Of a DNA stretch of 64,000 nucleotides, positions 1 through 6,400 are shown one piece after another. Both the position numbers and the translations under genes were made by a program. Within the stretch, counting starts at the first letter, position 1. Each line of letters begins with the position of its first letter. The notes below the pieces were generated by a model that worked only from the letters and a program-made list of their open reading frames with translations, searched no databases and was not told the DNA's origin. The stretch is taken from IMG/VR virus record IMGVR_UViG_3300045988_179014, positions 96,001 to 160,000 of that record; one strand, 5' to 3'. Source of the DNA: a virus.

Positions 1-100
1 TACACCCGCAGAATACTAGTTTCTGTCAATTACTATATTTGATTGTAATGTAAAAACAGTTATGACTATATGCAATAAATTATAGGCAATTTGTAATGAG

Positions 101-173
101 TGGCACCAAAGGGAATCGAACCCTTGACCTTTCGCTTTTCAGGCGAACGCTCTGCCAACTGAGCTACAGTGCC
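101..173 (-). tRNA. tRNA-Phe, anticodon GAA, CCA encoded
   Basis: The reverse complement folds as a cloverleaf: acceptor ggcactg/cagtgcc, D-arm tagctcagttgg, anticodon loop cuGAAaa, T-arm GGTTCGATTCC, 3' CCA. Confidence 0.85.
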
Positions 174-206
174 AAAACTTAGTGATTATACTTTCACATT
201 ATGTTG

Positions 207-279
207 TGCGTTGCCTGGGACTCGAACCCAGAACCCACTGATTAAGAGTCAGTTGCTCTACCAATTGAGCTAGCAACGC
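207..279 (-). tRNA. tRNA-Lys, anticodon CUU, no encoded CCA
   Basis: Acceptor gcgttgc/gcaacgc, anticodon stem actga/tcagt with loop cuCUUaa, T-arm GGTTCGAGTCC. Confidence 0.8.
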
Positions 280-300
280 GTGTTTTATAATAATTTGAGA

Positions 301-609
301 TTACTCTTTGTCCCATCCTTCATGTTCTGGGTGTTTCTCCCAAAATGACTTCTTGTGAGAATGTGAGTGAAAAGGTTGAAGCAATTTGTTAATCCAGGGA
401 ACCTGCTCACACAGCTCATGAGCACATTCATGGCACAACACAGCTTCGTAATCCGTTTCCCCTAACACACCAGAATGCCCTAAGTTGTCAACAAACATAC
501 CATATCCACCGTAAAAGCCTATCCATAAAGCATTGTTGAATTGATAGTTAGTATTTTCATTGGGGAATTGTGGAGCCAATTCTGTTTCACAAGCTGTGCA
601 TTGGGCCAT
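301..609 (-). CDS. small Cys-rich protein (CTAC ... CHEC pairs), possible zinc-binding
   Basis: ORF 301..672 trimmed to the internal ATG at 607-609, which has a GGAGAG RBS 8 nt upstream. The annotated upstream part overlaps the tRNA at 646-718. Confidence 0.4.
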   Translation of the reverse strand: MAQCTACETELAPQFPNENTNYQFNNALWIGFYGGYGMFVDNLGHSGVLGETDYEAVLCHECAHELCEQVPWINKLLQPFHSHSHKKSFWEKHPEHEGWDKE

Positions 610-645
610 CGTTTTCTCTCCCCGGTCTAATTCGTATTTCTCCAG

Positions 646-718
646 TGCCCTTGGTGGGACTCGAACCCACACTAAACAGATTTTAAGTCTGCTGCCTCTA
701 CCATTGGGCTACAAGGGC
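646..718 (-). tRNA. tRNA with anticodon UAA and a short type-I variable arm; identity ambiguous (Leu-like by anticodon)
   Basis: Acceptor gcccttg/caagggc, anticodon stem gcaga/tctgt with loop cuUAAaa, 5-nt variable region, T-arm GTGGGTTCGAGTCCCAC. Confidence 0.6.
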
Positions 719-726
719 ATAATTGG

Positions 727-800
727 TACGGCAGGGGGGATTTGAACCCACCTATTTCCACTTTATAAGAGTGGCGCTCATACCGATTAGCATCTGCCGT
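727..800 (-). tRNA. tRNA-Ile-like, anticodon UAU (reads AUA)
   Basis: Acceptor acggcag/ctgccgt, anticodon stem ccact/agtgg with loop cuUAUaa, T-loop TTCAAAT. Confidence 0.7.
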
Positions 801-888
801 ATGTAGTTTTCACATGTTGTTAAGTTGTGAATCCATTATAACTGATTCATCCAATATTTGCAACAATACTTCTCTTTGTTTTTTGCTA

Positions 889-964
889 GCACCCTCGGTG
901 GGACTCGAACCCACATCAATCCAATTATGCGCTGCCCGCTTAGAAGGCGGTGCCAGTACGAGGG
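889..964 (-). tRNA. tRNA-Arg-like, anticodon loop cuUCUaa; fold atypical
   Basis: Acceptor gccctcg/cgagggt and T-arm GTGGGTTCGAGTCCCAC are clear. The Arg-UCU anticodon arm follows the acceptor after only about 7 nt. A 20-nt D-loop-like segment (cagcgcataattggattgat) lies between the anticodon arm and the T-arm. Confidence 0.5.
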
Positions 965-987
965 CATGTTTTCATATGTTGGCGACT
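964..987. repeat. 24-nt element catgttttcatatgttggcgacttg, inverted copy at 1627-1650
   Basis: Both copies encode MFSYVGDL in opposite orientation and both abut a tRNA gene end. Confidence 0.5.
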
Positions 988-1138
988 TGTCGGGTCTCTC
1001 ACCCGAAGCTCTGGAGTACAAGTCCAGTGTGTTCTTCCCAGAATAGATGACACAAACCACTTTTTCTGGTAGTTCTAGTCCTTGAGGAAGAATTTTGTGC
1101 TTCTTCCTCATTCTGCTAGACCTTACACCATCGCGTCG

Positions 1139-1212
1139 TCGGGAAGACAGGATTTGAACCTGCGACTTCTGGTACCCAAAACCAGCGCTCTACCAAACTG
1201 AGCTACATCCCG
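1139..1212 (-). tRNA. tRNA-Pro, anticodon UGG
   Basis: D-arm tagctcagtttggtagagc, anticodon stem ctggt/accag with loop uuUGGgu, T-arm GCAGGTTCAAATCCTGT. Confidence 0.8.
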
Positions 1213-1255
1213 GTATTTAAGAATATTTTATTGTAAATTATCAGACTAAATTCAG

Positions 1256-1328
1256 CACGACAGGAGGGATTCGAACCCCCATCTAACACTTTTGGAGAGT
1301 GTCGCTCTACCAATTGAGCTACTGTCGT
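1256..1328 (-). tRNA. tRNA-Trp, anticodon CCA
   Basis: Acceptor acgacag/ctgtcgt, anticodon stem acact/agtgt with loop cuCCAaa, T-arm GGGGGTTCGAATCCCTCC. Confidence 0.85.
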
Positions 1329-1370
1329 ATGGATAAATGGCATCCTAATGTTAAAGTGCACACGAAGATA

Positions 1371-1649
1371 CTAGGTACTCTTTAACATCCATTTTTCATC
1401 CAGAATAGATGCTGCATTCTGGATATCTGTAATGGATAACACACCTTCAACATATGAGAAACTACTATTGTTATCACATATGCAAAAATCATAAATTGTT
1501 CCATCTTCAGCTAAGCCATAACAAAGATGAAACATGTCATCTATCTCAAAAGTAATGGATGCAATACGTCCATTACGATATGCGTCATGAAATTCAATGG
1601 ATGTTGGAGTTTTTCCTCGGCTTATCAAATCACCAACATATGAAAACAT
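1371..1649 (-). CDS. hypothetical 92-aa protein embedded in the tRNA array
   Basis: ORF 1371..1715 trimmed to the internal Met (MFSYVGDL...). The longer ORF start overlaps tRNA-Ala. Confidence 0.4.
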   Translation of the reverse strand: MFSYVGDLISRGKTPTSIEFHDAYRNGRIASITFEIDDMFHLCYGLAEDGTIYDFCICDNNSSFSYVEGVLSITDIQNAASILDEKWMLKST

Positions 1650-1671
1650 GACATCACATCCTTCAATCACT

Positions 1672-1746
1672 TGGTGGAAGCTAGGGGATTCGAACCCCTG
1701 ACCCTCTGCTTGCAAAACAGATGCTCTACCACTGAGCTAAGCCCCC
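1672..1746 (-). tRNA. tRNA-Ala, anticodon UGC, CCA encoded
   Basis: gggggcttagctcagtggtagagc, anticodon loop uuUGCaa, T-arm AGGGGTTCGAATCCCCT, 3' CCA. Confidence 0.85.
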
Positions 1747-1780
1747 AATAATAAATATGATTGAAAATTATATACATGCG

Positions 1781-1853
1781 TTGGGACATTGGGATTTGAA
1801 CCCAAGACCTCATCTGTATCAGAGATGCGCTCTAACCACTGAGCTATGCCCCA
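1781..1853 (-). tRNA. tRNA-Ile, anticodon GAU
   Basis: tggggcatagctcagtggttagagc, anticodon stem catct/agatg with loop cuGAUac, T-arm TTGGGTTCAAATCCCAA. Confidence 0.85.
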
Positions 1854-1882
1854 TTAATGTCTCTCATCAAGAGAGACAATTG

Positions 1883-1953
1883 CTGCCCCACCTGGATTCG
1901 AACCAAGATTAACTGAGTCAGAGTCAGTTGTGCTGCCATTACACTATAGGGCA
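1883..1953 (-). tRNA. tRNA-Gln, anticodon CUG
   Basis: Acceptor tgcccta/tggggca, anticodon stem actga/tcagt with loop cuCUGac, T-loop TTCGAAT. Confidence 0.8.
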
Positions 1954-1982
1954 AGGAGAGTATTATTGATTACTTTGTATTA

Positions 1983-2045
1983 GGCCCAGTGGTGCTGTTG
2001 TTGTGGGCTGGTATTTTTTTGAGGTTACCACTGGGCCAACAACAT
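1983..2045. other. structured element (ggcccagtgg ... ccactgggcc with nested gttgttgt/acaacaac) between tRNA-Gln and tRNA-Val
   Basis: 10-bp perfect inverted repeat enclosing a second complementary pair and a T7 run; no ORF. Confidence 0.35.
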
Positions 2046-2099
2046 GGTTGGTATAACATAGGTTTTTTCTTATGAAATCACTATACCATAACTACCATG

Positions 2100-2176
2100 T
2101 GGTGGACACAGAGATAATCGAAATCCCGACCTCCTGGGTGTAAACCAGGCGCTCTAACCAACTGAGCTATGCGTCC
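2100..2176 (-). tRNA. tRNA-Val, anticodon UAC, CCA encoded
   Basis: ggacgcatagctcagttggttagagc, anticodon stem cctgg/ccagg with loop uuUACac, T-arm GGGATTTCGATTATCTC, 3' ACCA. Confidence 0.85.
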
Positions 2177-2200
2177 ATTGTGAAACTAAGCAACATTGTG

Positions 2201-2273
2201 TGCTCTGAACGGGATTTGAACCCGTGTTGCTGCCTTGAGAGAGCGGCGTCCTAGGCCACTAGACGACCAGAGC
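2201..2273 (-). tRNA. tRNA-Glu, anticodon CUC
   Basis: Resembles bacterial tRNA-Glu (tcgtctagtggcctaggac ... GGGTTCAAATCCCG). Anticodon loop cuCUCaa; one mismatch in the anticodon stem. Confidence 0.75.
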
Positions 2274-2294
2274 ATAAAATGTTGGTTTTTATTT

Positions 2295-2368
2295 TGGAAC
2301 GGGTAAGGATTCGAACCTTACATATACCGGTAAAAGGCCGGCCGATTTGCCATTAATCTACCATTCCA
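2295..2368 (-). tRNA. tRNA, probable Lys (UUU); noncanonical anticodon loop ccUUUua
   Basis: Acceptor ggaatgg/ccgttcc, anticodon stem gccgg/ccggt, T-arm TAAGGTTCGAATCCTTA. Loop position 33 is C; assignment is by eye. Confidence 0.55.
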
Positions 2369-2547
2369 TGGGCAATTTCTTACCCATTTTCTCATCCCCA
2401 TCCAAGACTCTAACTTGGATGCCCTTCCGGTGCATTATCTTTATGCTAATGGGGCAACCATAGGTTCATTCCATATTGTAGGACAAACTATTCGAATTCA
2501 TCTATCCTGACAAAAATGAATTGTTCCCGTAGGTTGGATTATATCCG

Positions 2548-2620
2548 CTCCTCCACCTGGACTCGAACCAGGAACCGTTCGGTTAACAGCCGAATGCTCT
2601 GCCAATTGAGCTACAGAGGA
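2548..2620 (-). tRNA. tRNA-Asn, anticodon GUU (copy 1)
   Basis: tcctctgtagctcaattggcagagc, anticodon stem ttcgg/ccgaa with loop cuGUUaa, T-arm CCTGGTTCGAGTCCAGG. Confidence 0.85.
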
Positions 2621-2661
2621 ATATAGTATTACATTACAATAATACTTCAACATTTAGTTGG

Positions 2662-2736
2662 TACGCCCTGTGGGACTCGAACCCACGACCTACGGATTAA
2701 AAGTCCGCAGCTCTAAACCAACTGAGCTAAGGGCGC
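2662..2736 (-). tRNA. tRNA-Lys, anticodon UUU
   Basis: gcgcccttagctcagttggtttagagc, anticodon stem gcgga/tccgt with loop cuUUUaa, T-arm GTGGGTTCGAGTCCCAC. Confidence 0.85.
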
Positions 2737-2808
2737 ATGATAACTTCCCAATTTTTCCTTTGGATACTCGAAAACGCTCCATAATGGAAAAATTATCTCT
2801 GGGATGCG

Positions 2809-2891
2809 TGGATAGGGAGGGATTCGAACCCCCAGCGTTTCTTATGTCACGGTTTTACAGACCGCTTACTTCACCATTTGTATACCTATCC
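2809..2891 (-). tRNA. tRNA-Tyr, anticodon GUA, long variable arm
   Basis: Acceptor ggatagg/cctatcc, anticodon stem gcggt/accgt with loop cuGUAaa, about 15-nt variable arm, T-arm GGGGGTTCGAATCCCTC. Confidence 0.8.
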
Positions 2892-2926
2892 AGGTAATGT
2901 TTGTTTATATTCAATTGTTTTCTCAG

Positions 2927-3013
2927 CGGAGACGACAGGATTCGAACCTGCGGAGGGTGTAACCCCTCGACAGTTTAGCAAACTGTTGCTTTAGGCCTCT
3001 CAGCCACATCTCC
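2927..3013 (-). tRNA. tRNA-Ser, anticodon GCU, long variable arm
   Basis: ggagatgtggctgagaggc, anticodon stem acagt/actgt with loop uuGCUaa, 19-nt variable arm cgaggggttacaccctccg, T-arm CAGGTTCGAATCCTG. Confidence 0.8.
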
Positions 3014-3046
3014 AAGTATAACATATGCATGCTATTGATGCAAAAG

Positions 3047-3117
3047 AGGTGCCTATGGGATTCGAACCCATGTACACGGTTTTGCAGACCGCTGCCTCGC
3101 CACTCAGCCAAGGCACC
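3047..3117 (-). tRNA. tRNA-Cys, anticodon GCA
   Basis: Acceptor ggtgcct/aggcacc, anticodon stem gcggt/accgt with loop cuGCAaa, T-arm ATGGGTTCGAATCCCAT. Confidence 0.85.
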
Positions 3118-3118
3118 G

Positions 3119-3194
3119 CACTCCGGGTGAGAGTCGAACTCACATGTGTCCATTAACCTTTCTACTGGTTCGTAGCCAGAGGGTATACCGGAGT
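3119..3194 (-). tRNA. tRNA-Arg-like, anticodon loop cuACGaa; fold atypical
   Basis: Acceptor actccgg/ccggagt and T-arm GTGAGTTCGACTCTCAC are clear. The Arg-ACG anticodon loop matches the bacterial CTACGAA loop. As in 889-964, the anticodon arm follows the acceptor after about 8 nt, and a 21-nt D-loop-like segment precedes the T-arm. The gene abuts tRNA-Cys. Confidence 0.5.
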
Positions 3195-3260
3195 AATACA
3201 ATCCAAATATTAGGATGATTCATAGATTCTACATTTGTTGGTAACAGTAGAATCTATTTT

Positions 3261-3336
3261 GGGGTGACTGACCGGATTCGAACCGGCGAAATCCTGAGTC
3301 ACAGTCAGGCGTGTTAACCTCTCCACCACAGTCACC
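3261..3336 (-). tRNA. tRNA-His, anticodon GUG
   Basis: Acceptor ggtgact/agtcacc, anticodon stem cctga/tcagg with loop cuGUGac, T-arm GCCGGTTCGAATCCGGT, discriminator C. Confidence 0.85.
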
Positions 3337-3342
3337 ATTCTG

Positions 3343-3415
<73 letters not shown>

Positions 3416-4185
3416 ATAGGTCTGATACAGGTATGTTATATCAGACATGATTGCATTGAGGACGGACATACCCCACAAATCAATGCAATAAAGTCTTTTG
3501 TATTCCGCATGAGCGGCAGTCAACACCTAAGTTTCCGAACACGTTTCACAACGTTTCCATTACTGTTCAACAGTGTCAACTCCCAGATTTCCCTTTCACC
3601 GGTATGTTCTGGTCAACACAGGGTCTGCTTCCCCAGCATGCCTAGCTGGACCTCCCTACTAACTACTACAGCAGCTAGCTCTATATTGTGTTTTCACCTT
3701 GTGTGCTTCCATTCTAACAGATAATCAACCTCGTCGCAACCTATGCAAGTCCTCAGTTGTTTATTTGTTTATGTTTACACACTGAACCCAACATGGTGTT
3801 AGGTTTTCTGGCGATAATTCTACGATACACAATGCTCTGCCACTTGTCAAGTGTGGATTAGAGCTGATTTATGAAGGTGTTGTGTGCACCTTATTATTGA
3901 TTTTTAGACTGTCGCTGCAACCCCAAATAATGGGGGAGCTTTTTATACAACGCGGAAACTGGTGCGTTAAAACACCTAGGGACGGTAATCAAAATCGTCG
4001 CCATGACAGTCTCCTTCCTGGTTGTATCGTCTATTGTCGAAACGACTACTAATATCGTTTCAACCACTTGTGAGACCATCATACCAAGAAAATTAGCTCA
4101 TTGCAACCCTCAAACCAAAAATTTTCCTAATCTCGGTTTAGAAGGATAATAAAATGATTAATTTATACAAATATGATAGCGGTTC

Positions 4186-4878
4186 TCATTGCTGGTCACG
4201 CTTTTCGTCACGAGCCGTAGCAATTTCATTAACAATGACGGACACCCAAATTGCCTCCATGGATGATACTGAAGGATTCTCCTGTTTTCTCTCCAATGTC
4301 AGCTCTGCCCCAAAAGAGAAGAGTTCTTTGTTAAAAGTCCATACATCATTGTTTGATGCGTCTTTGATACTACCACTGAGTGTCAATGCAAAATCTTGTC
4401 GTAACGTCCCTTTGGTGCGTCCTTGAGCATCTTTGATGCTGAACGTGTAAAGCCATGAGAAAATCTGCTCATCAATATAACCAGACAAATGGTTGTACTC
4501 ATCATAAACTTTTGCTCGATGGTTGATGATACGAAACTCTTCCCCCTCACGCCCCATCAAATTCCCAGATGCGGTGTACATGCTATAAGTGTCGCCAATG
4601 AGATGGATTGCTTCACCACGGATTATAGCTATTGTCTTCCCATCAACCACTACATCCCAATGGTCCCCAAATGAGAAAACCGCCTTTTTGAGGATAATAC
4701 GGTCAGCTTGGGACAAGACATCTAAAGCTGACTGCGAATCAACAGAGTCTCCCGTACTTATCTGTTTCTCAGGCCCACTGTTGAATGCAGATAACCCTAG
4801 GATAGTTGCTACAAATGCAATACTAAACATGAGGTAAATTGGCCGTTTGAAAGTCGTACTTATGATTTTAATATACAA
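4186..4878 (-). CDS. membrane-anchored hypothetical protein, paralog A (N-terminal TM helix)
   Basis: 230-aa ORF with TM segment FSIAFVATILGL. Shares blocks (SQ..DR..LKK, KEL(F/Y)S...(A/I)IW(V/S)) with the ORF at 5129..5848. Confidence 0.6.
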   Translation of the reverse strand: MYIKIISTTFKRPIYLMFSIAFVATILGLSAFNSGPEKQISTGDSVDSQSALDVLSQADRIILKKAVFSFGDHWDVVVDGKTIAIIRGEAIHLIGDTYSMYTASGNLMGREGEEFRIINHRAKVYDEYNHLSGYIDEQIFSWLYTFSIKDAQGRTKGTLRQDFALTLSGSIKDASNNDVWTFNKELFSFGAELTLERKQENPSVSSMEAIWVSVIVNEIATARDEKRDQQ

Positions 4879-5060
4879 ATACTTTATTATCCTGTCAAAC
4901 CATAAATGTTAATTCAGCTATTTTCTATTTATGGACGAGCCTATTCCTCTGCGAACTGCTAGATTCAAGATAGTGAGTAATATGCATTTAGGGTGATGTT
5001 ATATTTCATGCATTTCAATCAATGATAGCAATATTGTTAAATAATTACTAGTTCAGATAA

Positions 5061-5106
5061 TGCAAACTGCTGTATACAAAATTAAAACATTGTGTACAGC
5101 AGTTTG
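5061..5106 (-). terminator. hairpin downstream of 5129..5848 (caaactgctgtatac ... gtgtacagcagtttg); no clear U-tract
   Basis: 14/15-bp inverted repeat with a 14-nt loop, 23 nt past the stop codon. Confidence 0.4.
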
Positions 5107-5128
5107 AGGGCAATCTAAATCTAATTGT

Positions 5129-5848
5129 CTAGCGTCTTTCTGTAGTAGTCTTATATGGTCTATTTCTTTCTGCCATAAAGATTACTGACCAGATGGCGTT
5201 AATGCTAGATATGGAATCAGAATTTTGTTTCTCTATCTTTATCGTTCCGTTGTCAGAATATAGCTCTTTATCAATTTTCCACAAGTCCTTTCCGTCAGTG
5301 CTTTTAATACTGACAACAAGAGCGGAGCTAAACTCCAATGGCAGATTGCTGAGAATGTTGGAGTCTGCGTCCCTCAACTCATATCCATATGCTTGATAGA
5401 GTGGATACGGTTTGTCGTTGGACTTTTCTGCTATCCCCGCGACCCGATTATCGTATTGGTCATAAATCCAAGTTTCTTCAGGTGCTCTACCATTGGTTGC
5501 AAGATAACGAGGTTCCTGATGGCCAATTGGATTACCAGATGGAGTATATATTATATTTACACGGTTTTCTCCATGTTGGGAGGAAGGATGTATTGTAGCG
5601 ATTACTTCATCATCCACAATAATCTTCCAATGTGATGAATTTGTCCGTTTCAGTAGTATATTGTTAGCAGAGGAAATTCTATCAACCACTGTCTGTGAAT
5701 CAGTATAATCATTACTGATTATTGAAACATGCGAATATGGTATTGATGGCACTATTCTCCAAGACCATACTGATAACGCTATAGTGCCTATTAGCGCGCC
5801 GAGAACAAATATTACTACACTTTTATCCAAAAGACGATAATCTTCCAT
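5129..5848 (-). CDS. membrane-anchored hypothetical protein, paralog B
   Basis: 239-aa ORF with TM segment VVIFVLGALIGTIALSVWSW; paralogous to 4186..4878. Confidence 0.6.
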   Translation of the reverse strand: MEDYRLLDKSVVIFVLGALIGTIALSVWSWRIVPSIPYSHVSIISNDYTDSQTVVDRISSANNILLKRTNSSHWKIIVDDEVIATIHPSSQHGENRVNIIYTPSGNPIGHQEPRYLATNGRAPEETWIYDQYDNRVAGIAEKSNDKPYPLYQAYGYELRDADSNILSNLPLEFSSALVVSIKSTDGKDLWKIDKELYSDNGTIKIEKQNSDSISSINAIWSVIFMAERNRPYKTTTERR

Positions 5849-5990
5849 GGTTATAAGTATACATCATCGTAACCGTAAGGTCAATTCGTACCAATCAGAA
5901 CAAACGGTCGATTCAAGTAATGTTCAGGCACCCATTACGTTTTTCCAAGGTTCCATACACGTGAAAGATAATTCAACTAGACTAATTCAG
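5846..5990. repeat. copy A of a ~145-nt repeat (~80% identical to 6256..6400), holding a decayed endonuclease 3' end
   Basis: By-eye alignment of the two segments. Copy A translates to ...VYGTLEKRNGCLNIT*, against ...VWDSGKTRWVLNIT* in copy B (the real end of ORF 6324..6953). Confidence 0.6.
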
Positions 5991-6098
5991 TTTTAAACAA
6001 TTTGAAGTAACTGTATGCAATGTTTTGTTTACACACAGTTACTTCAAACTAGGAAATCTTGGTGGCAAGAGACTTGTGTGGATACGATATTTTAGAAA

Positions 6099-6260
6099 CT
6101 ATGCCCAAATAAATGCTAGCACCAATACAATTGGCAACACTATAATTAGGGCAAATGCTATAGAGGGATTTATCTTAGAATTATATGCGCTCAGAGCGCT
6201 CCTTGTCTCAGAATCACATTCGCTCATAGCATTCCTTGTCTCAGAATCATATTCTCTCAT
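6099..6260 (-). CDS. small 53-aa protein with internal repeat E(Y/C)DSETR(N/S)A(M/L)S and a C-terminal TM helix
   Basis: Manually translated: MREYDSETRNAMSECDSETRSALSAYNSKINPSIAFALIIVLPIVLVLAFIWA*. Below the 60-aa track cutoff. The start sits at the end of repeat copy B, and a 27-nt direct repeat lies at 6196-6255. It competes with plus-strand ORF 6025..6309. Confidence 0.3.
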   Translation of the reverse strand: MREYDSETRNAMSECDSETRSALSAYNSKINPSIAFALIIVLPIVLVLAFIWA

Positions 6261-6400
6261 GGTTATAGGATACATCATCGTAACGGGAAAGTCAAATCAT
6301 ACCAGTTAGAATAAACGTTCGATTTAAGTAATGTTCAATACCCATCGTGTTTTTCCAGAGTCCCATACACGCGGAAGACGATTCAACCGAGCCAATTCAC
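6256..6400. repeat. copy B of the ~145-nt repeat (endonuclease gene 3' end plus the upstream region and start codon of the next gene)
   Basis: See copy A. Both copies end at the CAT (ATG on minus) start codon of a membrane-protein gene. Confidence 0.6.

Noticed and set aside
560-1111. ORFs 560..745(+), 814..1050(+), 858..1046(+), 836..1111(-) and the N-terminal part of 301..672(-), with peptides like LGGTRTH and MWVRVPPRA
   Set aside because: These are translations of tRNA T-arm and acceptor sequences (GGTTCGAGTCCCAC and its complement). They overlap tRNA genes and are spurious.
3420-3447. 8-bp hairpin (gtctgata ... tatcagac) immediately upstream of the first tRNA of the array
   Set aside because: It is short, with an 11-nt loop and no U-tract. 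It is as likely a chance palindrome in AT-rich DNA as a processing or terminator signal.
6025-6309. Plus-strand 94-aa ORF overlapping the small minus-strand TM ORF
   Set aside because: It is antisense to the dominant transcription direction and overlaps the duplicated junction cassette. The minus-strand 53-aa ORF fits the repeat structure better. Both remain low confidence.
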